Below are positions 1-7,992 of a stretch of 21,506 nt of DNA, piece by piece. The stretch comes from an uncultured archaeon (GTDB lineage: Archaea; Asgardarchaeota; Thorarchaeia; Thorarchaeales; Thorarchaeaceae). The translations under genes and the position numbers were made by a program. Positions within the stretch are counted from its first letter, which is position 1. The number at the start of each line of letters is the position of its first letter. The notes below the pieces were generated by a model that made no database searches, was not told the DNA's origin, and saw only the letters and a list, made by a program, of their open reading frames with translations. The DNA is taken from assembly GCA_964458565.1 (NCBI GenBank), contig CAYWJO010000002.1, positions 216,822-238,327 of the forward strand. Direction: 5' to 3'.

Positions 1-1198
1 ATTCATGGAAGTCATGATTAAGGGTGATATGAAGGGTAAGGGATTCAGCTTTCCCAAACCTAACGTCGTTCTCAGAAAAGAATTCATGAGACCCGAGTTC
101 GAAGAATCATGGCATCTCGTTGCTGAGCTCACCGCTAAACATGGCTCTCCCTATTTTGAGAATTATCTCAATTGGAGGTCAAAGATAGAAGCTGGTTGCA
201 GTAGCTGCTGCTCACATCTTTGGACAGCTAGTACCGATGAAGAGTTGGAGGAATTCCTCTCGGGCAATATGGTTTTTGGTGCATCACAGATGGTGACTCC
301 AAACTTCGGTCGAGCTGCTTGGATTGGTCGGACCGATGAAGATCGCTTCTTTGCCAAAATCGATGAATACCTTGATCTCTCAAAGGAAGTCATTCTGGAG
401 AAGAAAAGGCTCATGGATCAGCTGATGGAAAGTGGGAGCGTTCCATTCTACACCCAGCCCAAGCCTAATGGCGACCCTCTAATCGACATGACAAAGCGAC
501 AGTTCTTACTTGGAACAGTTGGTTTCAATGAGATGGCGATGATCGCAACTGATTGCCCACTCCATGAACGCGAAGGTACTCGTTTCGGTATCAAGGTCTT
601 GATGCATCTAAAGAAGAGAGCTGCAGAGTTTGAGAAGGAGACCGGTCTCCAGTTCGGTATCACACGCACTCCTGCAGAGAGTGCAGCTGGACGCCTCGCA
701 TCTAAAGACTACCGTGCTTATCCGGGAATCAGAAAATACCTGAGAGGCGGTAATGAGCATCCATACTATACAAACAGTACAACTTTGGATGTTTCAGCTC
801 AATTACCCCTCAGTGACCGAATCAGAAAGGAAGGTATGTTCCATCCCTACATGGATGGTGGAGCTCTTACTCATGTCTATCTTGGTGAAGCTAATCCTGA
901 CCCCGATGCATTGTGGGAGTTGACAAAGATTATCGCTAAAGATACGTTAACAAGCTACTGGAGCTTCACAAAAGACGTGCTTCAGTGCGGGTCCTGCAAC
1001 TATCAGGCAGGTATTGACTGGCGTACAATGAAGTTCAACTCCATCGAGGAGCTCAGTCAGATTGTCTGCCCACGATGCGGTCATGTTGGCGTTGATGTGT
1101 TCTCGCGCGTGACCGGGTACGTCCAGGCGCTCGCGAGCTGGAACCCTGCAAAGAAACAGGAGTTTCTAGATAGGCATCGGTATTCATTATTAAATTAG
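1..1198 (+). CDS. nrdD: Anaerobic (class III) ribonucleoside-triphosphate reductase, 5'-truncated by window edge
   Basis: FSFPKP; PYFEN; finger-loop SSCC; RTPAES; YYTNS; GGALTHVYLGE; C-terminal Zn site CGSC...CPRCG; glycyl-radical motif FSRVTGY; tail WNPAKKQEF. The frame is open to the window start. Confidence 0.97.
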   Translation, partial: FMEVMIKGDMKGKGFSFPKPNVVLRKEFMRPEFEESWHLVAELTAKHGSPYFENYLNWRSKIEAGCSSCCSHLWTASTDEELEEFLSGNMVFGASQMVTPNFGRAAWIGRTDEDRFFAKIDEYLDLSKEVILEKKRLMDQLMESGSVPFYTQPKPNGDPLIDMTKRQFLLGTVGFNEMAMIATDCPLHEREGTRFGIKVLMHLKKRAAEFEKETGLQFGITRTPAESAAGRLASKDYRAYPGIRKYLRGGNEHPYYTNSTTLDVSAQLPLSDRIRKEGMFHPYMDGGALTHVYLGEANPDPDALWELTKIIAKDTLTSYWSFTKDVLQCGSCNYQAGIDWRTMKFNSIEELSQIVCPRCGHVGVDVFSRVTGYVQALASWNPAKKQEFLDRHRYSLLN

Positions 1199-1308
1199 AA
1201 TTCATCAAGAGATGTCTGTTTTTTCTTCTTCTTCCTTTGATGTCGATAGAGCTTAGCTTCATCCCCCCGTCCATTGATAGGTGGTTCTATTCTTTTTTCA
1301 GCATCAAT
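1195..1308 (-). pseudogene. Start-less 37-aa frame ending in a PIP-box-like motif (IDAEKRIEPPINGRGDEAKLYRHQRKKKKKQTSLDEF*); probable 3' remnant of a gene
   Basis: Manual translation of the minus strand. TAA at 1197-1195 overlaps the nrdD TAG, and an in-frame TAG at 1311-1309 closes the frame upstream. No ATG/GTG/TTG lies between them. Confidence 0.45.
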
Positions 1309-1419
1309 CTAACATTCGCATCTCCAAGTGAACACACCCAAATGTTAAGCCCCCATGTAACACAATATTATATGACATCGATTTGATGAAACGTGGGAAC
1401 TATCCCAGGAGTTGGTTAG

Positions 1420-2052
1420 TTGAGGTGTGATTGGAAAATAATTCTTATCGTGATAATACTCATTATCCTAGGGCTTGCGTTAGTAGCTCTGGGATATGTG
1501 ATTGGATGGATTGCAGTCATCATTGGATTGCTCATACTTCTATGGTGTGGATATAAACCCTCACAACAAAAGAGAGTGAGCTGGCATGATCTTACGAGGA
1601 GCTTGAGCCTGCATTCTACTCGAATCTATCTCCAAGCCTGCATCAATGGTGAGGGGTGGAAACGAATTGTCTATGGTGAACCTTCACCAGGTCCAGGAGC
1701 TACGGAAACGATCTACTTGGAGTTGAATCAGACTCCTCCATATTCAGAGGCGCAAATTGACGACCCAGCATTCAGTTTTCCCGGAGCTGAATTCGATCGG
1801 AAGTATGGTCTCTTAACCATTCGAGATTGGTATGCTGGAGATCATGATACTGTTGGATCTGGACAGTTCATAGAACGAACAACATTGGTCGAAGGACAAC
1901 CAATCCATGCAAGAAATCAGATAAACACACTTGATGCCGTGCCTAGACCCGCTTTACCAGACAATGTGTATGGTAGAGCCATTGTTAAGTTCTTGCTACA
2001 GGCGGCACCAAATGCAAGACATATTGGAAATGGCATATTCATTCTCTCTTGA
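1420..2052 (+). CDS. Hypothetical protein with N-terminal hydrophobic hairpin (about 2 TM) and ~165-aa soluble domain
   Basis: 210-aa ORF with a TTG start preceded by AGGAG; residues ~6-42 are strongly hydrophobic; a T8 tract follows. Confidence 0.75.
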   Translation: MRCDWKIILIVIILIILGLALVALGYVIGWIAVIIGLLILLWCGYKPSQQKRVSWHDLTRSLSLHSTRIYLQACINGEGWKRIVYGEPSPGPGATETIYLELNQTPPYSEAQIDDPAFSFPGAEFDRKYGLLTIRDWYAGDHDTVGSGQFIERTTLVEGQPIHARNQINTLDAVPRPALPDNVYGRAIVKFLLQAAPNARHIGNGIFILS

Positions 2053-2121
2053 AAGTATACGTTGAATATTCACTCTTTCCAAACATATTACTGAGAGTGA
2101 AGGGCAAACCTTACCTCTCAG

Positions 2122-2129
2122 TTTTTTTT
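2122..2129 (+). terminator. Oligo-T tract, likely archaeal terminator for 1420..2052
   Basis: T8 run about 70 nt after the stop codon. Confidence 0.4.
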
Positions 2130-2143
2130 ATTTCAATAATCTG

Positions 2144-2212
2144 TATCGACAATTGCTTTCAGCTTGGAACCCTTCCAAGAAACAGGAGTTTCTGGATTGA
2201 CCTCATTATTCA
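2144..2212 (+). repeat. Degenerate direct-repeat copy of the nrdD 3' end (matches 1118-1186)
   Basis: 2165-2197 vs 1139-1171 match at 30/33 nt. The copy translates YRQLLSAWNPSKKQEFLD*PHYS vs nrdD YVQALASWNPAKKQEFLDRHRYS. Confidence 0.85.
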
Positions 2213-2351
2213 GTTTGTTCAGATTCTTCCGCAAAGAACTATATGGTGATTCTCCCAAAGAGATTGTGTATGTTTCCAGTGACGGTCGCTTAGACGGCAA
2301 TATGGAAACAGAACGTTCGCGATTAAATGGTATAAGGAGGTTCCAAGAGGA

Positions 2352-5300
2352 ATGAATTCTAGATATACCCGACCAGCTATTTTGACCGCATCTACTCTAA
2401 TAGTAGGAATGCTTGTGCTCTCGTCATTTTTTGTGCCCTTTGCCTTGTTTCAAAGTCCTAGGGCACCAACTATCACTGACGAACAACAGACAGACTTTGT
2501 CCTCTCTAACGGTGTAACGCCTGAGGTTCAGTGGAGTCGTGTAACAGGGGGTGCTGTTGACTCCTCTCCCAGCGTTGCTGATGTAGATGGTGATGGAGTT
2601 CTAGAAGTGCTTGTCCGGTCGGACGACTATTACCTATACTGCCTAGATGCGACCAATGGGTTAGTTGAATGGAAATTCTTCTTTGGGTATAACAATGTTG
2701 AAACCTCGCCGTCACTCGCAGATATTGATAACGACGGACAGCTTGAGGTTATTATACCAGCAGGAACTCTCTATTGTATTGATGCCTCTCTTGGCACCGA
2801 AGAGTGGTCTGCACCAGGGAATGCGCGGAGTTCAGCGTGCATTGCTGATGTTACTGGAGATGATCGACTTGAAGTTCTCGTTGTTGATGGCACAACCAAT
2901 GCAGTTCGGTGCATAAATAGTACTGGTGGTGAAGAGTGGTCAACTCCGGATTTGGATTTCACTACTCTCTCATCACCAACTGCTGCTGATGTTGATGGTG
3001 ATGACCAACTTGAAGTGTTGTGTGGTTCCTTGAACTATAATTTCTATTGTCTAAACGGTGATACTGGATCTACTGAGTGGAACTTTACAACAGCTGTATC
3101 TTCATCATACACCCCTGCAGTTGCAGATCTTGATGGTGACTCAGTCAAAGATATCGTATTTGGAACAAACTATGGTCATGTCTATTGCCTGAATGGGACT
3201 ATGGGTGGTCTCGAATGGGACTACAATGTTGGAGCATATGCCATCATGTCCACTCCGTGTATTGGTGATGCAGGTAGTGATAGGACACTCGATGTGTTTG
3301 TGGGTACCCAGGACAACTACTTACACTGCATTGATGGTGTATCTGGCACTCAAAAGTGGATAAAAGCAGCAAGTGGTGATGTCGACGGGGATCCGTGTGT
3401 AGTGAATGTTGATGGAGATGATGTACTCGAGGTCTTTGTAGGTGCGGATGACTATGCCATGTATTGCGTTGACTCTGGGTCCGGTTCAACTGATTGGTAT
3501 TATCAAGCAGCAGGTTTCATTGAGTCGTCTCCCTATGTGGGAGACTTGGATGATGATGGGAGGATAGAGATTGTATTCGGGTCCAATGACCGAAACATCT
3601 ACTGTTTGGAAGCTCCTGAACCAAGAGCATCTCATCCGTGGACTGGTGTTGGTCCAAGGGGCGATCCCCATCTCACTGGTTGTTTCTTGGACAATGACAG
3701 TGACCTCCTAACTGACAACTATGAAATCATCGAAGGAATGGAAGAAAACATGGCTGACTCAGATGGGGATTCTGTAGATGATTATCTGGAATTTATCCTC
3801 GCGACAGATCCCCTTGATGGAATGACCATATATCCCCACGTGGAGTGGTCAATCCCTGTGGAGTCTTTAGTACCTAGTTCACCGGTCGTTGTGGATATCA
3901 ATGATGACGGACAGATGGACCTATTTGTAGCATTTGCGGGTCTGTTGATGTGTTTTGATGGCTCTTCATTGGAGCAGTTGTGGAATCGCACCTATACCCT
4001 CCAAATGATTGATACAATCATGGTTGAGGATGTGAACAACGATACCTTGCTAGAGGTACTTGCTGTGAGTGCGAATGTACTCTACTGTTACAGGGGTATT
4101 GATGGATTTCAACTTTGGAACTACACTGCACCTTACACGCTGGACCAAGCTTCGTGTGTATGTGACACGGACTCAGACGGTGACCTTGAGATTGTATTTG
4201 CGTCAGCACACTCAAGTGACCTCCATCTATACTGCGTTGAAGGAAGTACTGGGAATCAGATATGGAACTTCACCACAGCAGGTCTGATAGCTGCTTCGCC
4301 CACTGCAGCTGACCTCAACCATGATGGGCAACTCGATATTGTCTTTGGTGCGTGGGACGACCGTGTATACTGTCTCAATGCTTCAGACGGTACTGAGCTT
4401 TGGCGATACACCGACATCAGTGATCCATCTGGCTATCCTCCAGTGATAGCAGATATTGACCTTGATGGAGACTATGAGGTCTTTGTTGGTGCTTTTGATA
4501 ATCGTATCCATTGTATCAACGGTGTTAATGGATCAATGGAGTGGCGATTCCTCACTACAGACTACACACTATCTTCTGCTACGATTGTTGATGTGAATAA
4601 TGATGGCGCTTTCGAGGCTATCGCACCATCTCGTGATGGAAATGTCTACTGCCTGAACGCTTCAGGGGACATGATGTGGACCTATTATACGGATGGCAAT
4701 ATTCACTGTGGTGCATCGGTGGCAGATATCGATGGGGACAAGGATCTCGAGATACTTGTGACGTCCAGTGACGGCTATCTTCACTGTATTGATGGACCGA
4801 GTGGTTTGTCAGAGTGGACATACTACCTTGGTGATTATGGGTGGGGAATTCCAACAGTGGTTGATTTTGATGGGGACAACATCCTTGAAATGATTGTTAC
4901 TGTTGGATGGTCGGGCACAGGGATGATATACTGTCTTAGTGTAGTGTCAGATTCTATCGGATCTGACTCCTATCCATGGCTTGGTATTGCACCTCTTGGA
5001 GACCCCCTACATAGGGGGAGATATATTGACACTGACCTCGACTTCCTGGTTGATGATTATGAGATTGTAGCAGGTAGTGATGTTTTCTCGTCTGATCCTG
5101 ACACAGATCTATTATCTGACTATCAGGAGTACCTGCAGTCATCTGATCCTATGGTAGACTCTGTTCCACCAGGAGCAATCGAAGACCTAGCTATAAGTGA
5201 TGTAACAAGGACCTCCCTCGTACTCAATTGGAATGCTCCTGGCGAGAATGGGGCTGCTGGAATGACTTCTTCCTACATAGTCAAATGGTCAACCACTGGA

Positions 5301-6620
5301 CCAATAACTGAGGAGAATTGGGAAAGCGCAACGACCTATTCTCAGACATGGACGCCACTTGCACCAGACAATCCAGAGTCGCATCAAGTCACTGGTCTGT
5401 CAGGTGGTCAAGAATACTGGTTCGCAATCCGTGCCTTTGATGAAGACAGTAACATTGGTGAAATGTCAAACAGTCCTGGAACTACGATCATTGAAAACAT
5501 ACTACCTGGCACAATTATTGATTTAGCCGTTGTTAACACAACAACGACTACAGCGACTCTGACTTGGACTGCACCCGGTGATGATGGTGCTTCAGGTACA
5601 GCCTCAGGATACGAAGTCCGATATTCACTGATTGGTTCAATCAATGACATAAATTGGGACTCAGCGGATATCTATGGCCAATCTTGGATTCCTCTTTCTG
5701 GAGGATCTACCGAGACCAGGATCTTGACAGGACTAGACATTCATACAACATACTGGTTTGTAATCAAGGCGTATGATGATGTTGATAATTATGGTCTGGT
5801 TTCAAACAGCCCAGAGGTTCAGACCAATGAGGCGGAAGCACCTGATGCTATAGCAGACCTGAGTGCTTCTAGCATCTCTTCAACGTGGGTCACACTCACA
5901 TGGACTGCACCAGGTGATGACCAAGACACCGGAATCGCTGACGGGTACGTCTTCAAGTACTTGATGACAGGACCAATCACAGAGGAGAATTGGGACACAG
6001 CAATCATCTACGAGCAGTCATGGACACCTTCAGTTTCTGGGACTGCAGAATCAAGAATTATTACAGGCTTGATTCCCAATACCGATTACTGGTTTGCAAT
6101 TGTAGCCTTTGACGAGGTGCCAAACTATGGTGAGCTTTCCAATGTCCTCTCAGTTACCACACTAGAAGACACGCCTCCTAATGCGGTGACTGACTTGGTT
6201 ATGATTGGTCAGAACAGCACTTCGATTGTTCTCTCTTGGACTGCACCTGGTGATGATGGTACTTCAGGTACGGTTTCTGGTTACCTCGTGAAATACTCGT
6301 CCGAAGGTCCAATAACCACTCAAAACTGGAACGCAATAGAATCATCTATCGAGTTCTTAGATCCCTTAGCATCAGGGGAAACGGAAATTCGAATTATCAG
6401 TGGTCTGACTGAAAATACATCCTACTGGATTGCTATGGTAGCATTCGACGAAGTACCCAATCTGAGTGATTTATCCAACCTTGTATATGGACATACAACT
6501 TCCACTTTGAGTACTACAATGCCATTTGAGAGTGGACTTTTGATTGGTATTGCTATAGGCGCTACTGTAGTCGTTCTATCACTAGGACTTGTGGTTCTAC
6601 TCAAAAAGAGAAAGTCATGA
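2352..6620 (+). CDS. Large membrane-anchored surface protein: 2 x (8 FG-GAP/PQQ-like repeats + Asp-rich TSP3-like Ca-binding repeats), 4 fibronectin type III domains, C-terminal TM
   Basis: N-terminal signal/TM; 16 repeats of type SSPxxADxDxDGxxE...YCLxxxxGxxxW; DSDGDSVDDYLE / DTDLDFLVDDYE segments; four PxAIxDL...LxWTAPG...YWFAIxAFDE FN3 units; TM followed by KKRKS; GGAGG upstream. Confidence 0.92.
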   Translation: MNSRYTRPAILTASTLIVGMLVLSSFFVPFALFQSPRAPTITDEQQTDFVLSNGVTPEVQWSRVTGGAVDSSPSVADVDGDGVLEVLVRSDDYYLYCLDATNGLVEWKFFFGYNNVETSPSLADIDNDGQLEVIIPAGTLYCIDASLGTEEWSAPGNARSSACIADVTGDDRLEVLVVDGTTNAVRCINSTGGEEWSTPDLDFTTLSSPTAADVDGDDQLEVLCGSLNYNFYCLNGDTGSTEWNFTTAVSSSYTPAVADLDGDSVKDIVFGTNYGHVYCLNGTMGGLEWDYNVGAYAIMSTPCIGDAGSDRTLDVFVGTQDNYLHCIDGVSGTQKWIKAASGDVDGDPCVVNVDGDDVLEVFVGADDYAMYCVDSGSGSTDWYYQAAGFIESSPYVGDLDDDGRIEIVFGSNDRNIYCLEAPEPRASHPWTGVGPRGDPHLTGCFLDNDSDLLTDNYEIIEGMEENMADSDGDSVDDYLEFILATDPLDGMTIYPHVEWSIPVESLVPSSPVVVDINDDGQMDLFVAFAGLLMCFDGSSLEQLWNRTYTLQMIDTIMVEDVNNDTLLEVLAVSANVLYCYRGIDGFQLWNYTAPYTLDQASCVCDTDSDGDLEIVFASAHSSDLHLYCVEGSTGNQIWNFTTAGLIAASPTAADLNHDGQLDIVFGAWDDRVYCLNASDGTELWRYTDISDPSGYPPVIADIDLDGDYEVFVGAFDNRIHCINGVNGSMEWRFLTTDYTLSSATIVDVNNDGAFEAIAPSRDGNVYCLNASGDMMWTYYTDGNIHCGASVADIDGDKDLEILVTSSDGYLHCIDGPSGLSEWTYYLGDYGWGIPTVVDFDGDNILEMIVTVGWSGTGMIYCLSVVSDSIGSDSYPWLGIAPLGDPLHRGRYIDTDLDFLVDDYEIVAGSDVFSSDPDTDLLSDYQEYLQSSDPMVDSVPPGAIEDLAISDVTRTSLVLNWNAPGENGAAGMTSSYIVKWSTTGPITEENWESATTYSQTWTPLAPDNPESHQVTGLSGGQEYWFAIRAFDEDSNIGEMSNSPGTTIIENILPGTIIDLAVVNTTTTTATLTWTAPGDDGASGTASGYEVRYSLIGSINDINWDSADIYGQSWIPLSGGSTETRILTGLDIHTTYWFVIKAYDDVDNYGLVSNSPEVQTNEAEAPDAIADLSASSISSTWVTLTWTAPGDDQDTGIADGYVFKYLMTGPITEENWDTAIIYEQSWTPSVSGTAESRIITGLIPNTDYWFAIVAFDEVPNYGELSNVLSVTTLEDTPPNAVTDLVMIGQNSTSIVLSWTAPGDDGTSGTVSGYLVKYSSEGPITTQNWNAIESSIEFLDPLASGETEIRIISGLTENTSYWIAMVAFDEVPNLSDLSNLVYGHTTSTLSTTMPFESGLLIGIAIGATVVVLSLGLVVLLKKRKS

Positions 6621-6636
6621 ATCTGTAGATTACACC

Positions 6637-6660
6637 GGCTTGGAGCCTCTCTTCCAAGCC
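6637..6660 (+). terminator. Stem-loop just after the large surface-protein gene
   Basis: GGCTTGGA / TCCAAGCC form a perfect 8-bp stem with an 8-nt loop, 16 nt after the stop, followed by a pyrimidine-rich tail. Confidence 0.4.
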
Positions 6661-6728
6661 TCCACTTTCTATCTAGGTGAGATGAGGAATCTTCAATCTC
6701 TCAAACACATGGCGTTTTATTTCGCGCC

Positions 6729-6764
6729 TTGTCTTTGGTGCATGGGACGACCGGGTATACTGTC
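6729..6764 (+). repeat. 36-nt intergenic copy of coding sequence 4339-4374
   Basis: TTGTCTTTGGTGCATGGGACGACCGGGTATACTGTC vs TTGTCTTTGGTGCGTGGGACGACCGTGTATACTGTC: 34/36 identical, and both differences are synonymous (VFGAWDDRVYC). Confidence 0.9.
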
Positions 6765-6946
6765 AACATAATCTCTACCATTCTAGTGTTTCTCTCTCCA
6801 AACCAATCATGTATCACTTTCTTTGAACTGTAAACTTAATACTACTCATACTTCTCTTCCCTTATGACTATCGTTCCTATTCCGCGTGTTTTAAGCTTCA
6901 GGCAAGATTCAAATCTCAGAAAACCACACATCGGTAGGGTATTCCT

Positions 6947-7522
6947 ATGAGTCCATCTGATGCTCTTCGCTTTGAACCTCCTGAGTATGGCTTATTGCCC
7001 AAAGAGAGTGTAGTATGGAGTCGTCCAGCAGGTATAAGTTTCACGACCATTTTCTGTGGTGTCTGTTCACCTCTCCTCGTGGTGATTCCCGGAATCTTCA
7101 TGTTCGTTCTTTTCGGTGATGTTATTGGTTATACATTTCTTTTACTTCTCCTGCTTGTATTTATCATGTCGCTGAGGTCGTTCATAACTGAGCGAAGAAC
7201 AATGTACTACATAACAACAAAACGAGTAATACATGTCCTTGGTGGAAATATAGTCCAGGCGATATTCTTGGACCATCTAGAAGGTAGACCTAGGAGTGAG
7301 TTTTTGGAACTTAAGGAGACCGCACAGGTCAATCATAGACCTGTCTATAGTATTCGAATCAGCGATCCTAGAGCACCAATTGAAATCAAACTCAAGAATG
7401 TAGAAGATGATAAAGCAGAGATGTTTGAAAAACTTGGTGAAATTGTTACTTGTTCAAAGTGTGGCTACGTCAACATAGCTGTACTACCACGATGCAAGAA
7501 ATGTGATGCAAGACTTAGATGA
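6947..7522 (+). CDS. Membrane protein (2 TM) with bacterial PH-like domain and C-terminal zinc ribbon
   Basis: ESVVWSRP before the TM pair; TMYYITTKRVI motif typical of bPH domains; terminal C-x2-C-x3-N-x6-C-x2-C. Confidence 0.75.
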   Translation: MSPSDALRFEPPEYGLLPKESVVWSRPAGISFTTIFCGVCSPLLVVIPGIFMFVLFGDVIGYTFLLLLLLVFIMSLRSFITERRTMYYITTKRVIHVLGGNIVQAIFLDHLEGRPRSEFLELKETAQVNHRPVYSIRISDPRAPIEIKLKNVEDDKAEMFEKLGEIVTCSKCGYVNIAVLPRCKKCDARLR

Positions 7523-7546
7523 CTTGTTTTCAGAAATGGGGTCAGC

Positions 7547-7891
7547 TTACCATCCAAGTGACTCGGTTTCCATTCCTATCGTATAGAGATCCCAGAGCAA
7601 ATCCAAATATCTACCCCTGTTTTCGAAGGCAACACTGAACTCAATATTACCATCTTTCTCTTTCTTCTTGTATTCCATTCCTTCAATAAGTGATTCTACT
7701 TCTCCGACTCTCTCGGTATCCACCTCGATTCTTATAGGTCTCTTTCCAAAGTGCATGAAAACGAATATACCATTAGGAAATGTGTATCCTCCTCTCTCCG
7801 TCATCCCCCAGTGTGATCTGCATCGATCTATTCTTAGTAATTTCCATTGATGAAGAATGACCTCATCTCTCATTCTTTGTGATACTTCCAT
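7547..7891 (-). CDS. Hypothetical protein (~114 aa)
   Basis: Protein-like ORF filling the gap. The ATG at 7891 is preceded by AAGGTGAGG, an RBS-like site that the ORF track used as a GTG start at 7900. Confidence 0.65.
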   Translation of the reverse strand: MEVSQRMRDEVILHQWKLLRIDRCRSHWGMTERGGYTFPNGIFVFMHFGKRPIRIEVDTERVGEVESLIEGMEYKKKEKDGNIEFSVAFENRGRYLDLLWDLYTIGMETESLGW

Positions 7892-7992
7892 CAACCTCAC
7901 CTTGTATTGAATATGATGTGGTATCGTTATCTGGTTTTGCTTTCTTCATGTGTATGTTGGTAATTGCCATGGTATCTGATATTCTAAGAAAA

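Noticed and set aside
1053-1274. 73-aa minus-strand ORF from the track
   Set aside because: Mostly antisense to nrdD. The more meaningful signal is in a different minus frame (the PIP-like tail).
2049-2355. ORFs 2049..2249 and 2164..2355
   Set aside because: Both are short TTG-start frames crossing a T-tract and the out-of-frame nrdD remnant, with no protein features.
4339-6764. Diversity-generating retroelement TR/VR pair
   Set aside because: The match is only 36 nt, one of the two mismatches is not at an adenine, both are synonymous, and no reverse transcriptase is in the window. The nrdD copy also fails the adenine rule.
2144-6764. CRISPR array with self-targeting spacers
   Set aside because: The lengths are spacer-like, but there are no flanking direct repeats, no array periodicity and no cas genes.
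7440-7510. Ubiquitin-binding NZF/RanBP2 finger (eukaryotic signature)
   Set aside because: The spacing fits, but the Trp and TF residues are absent, and the same spacing is the common prokaryotic zinc ribbon.
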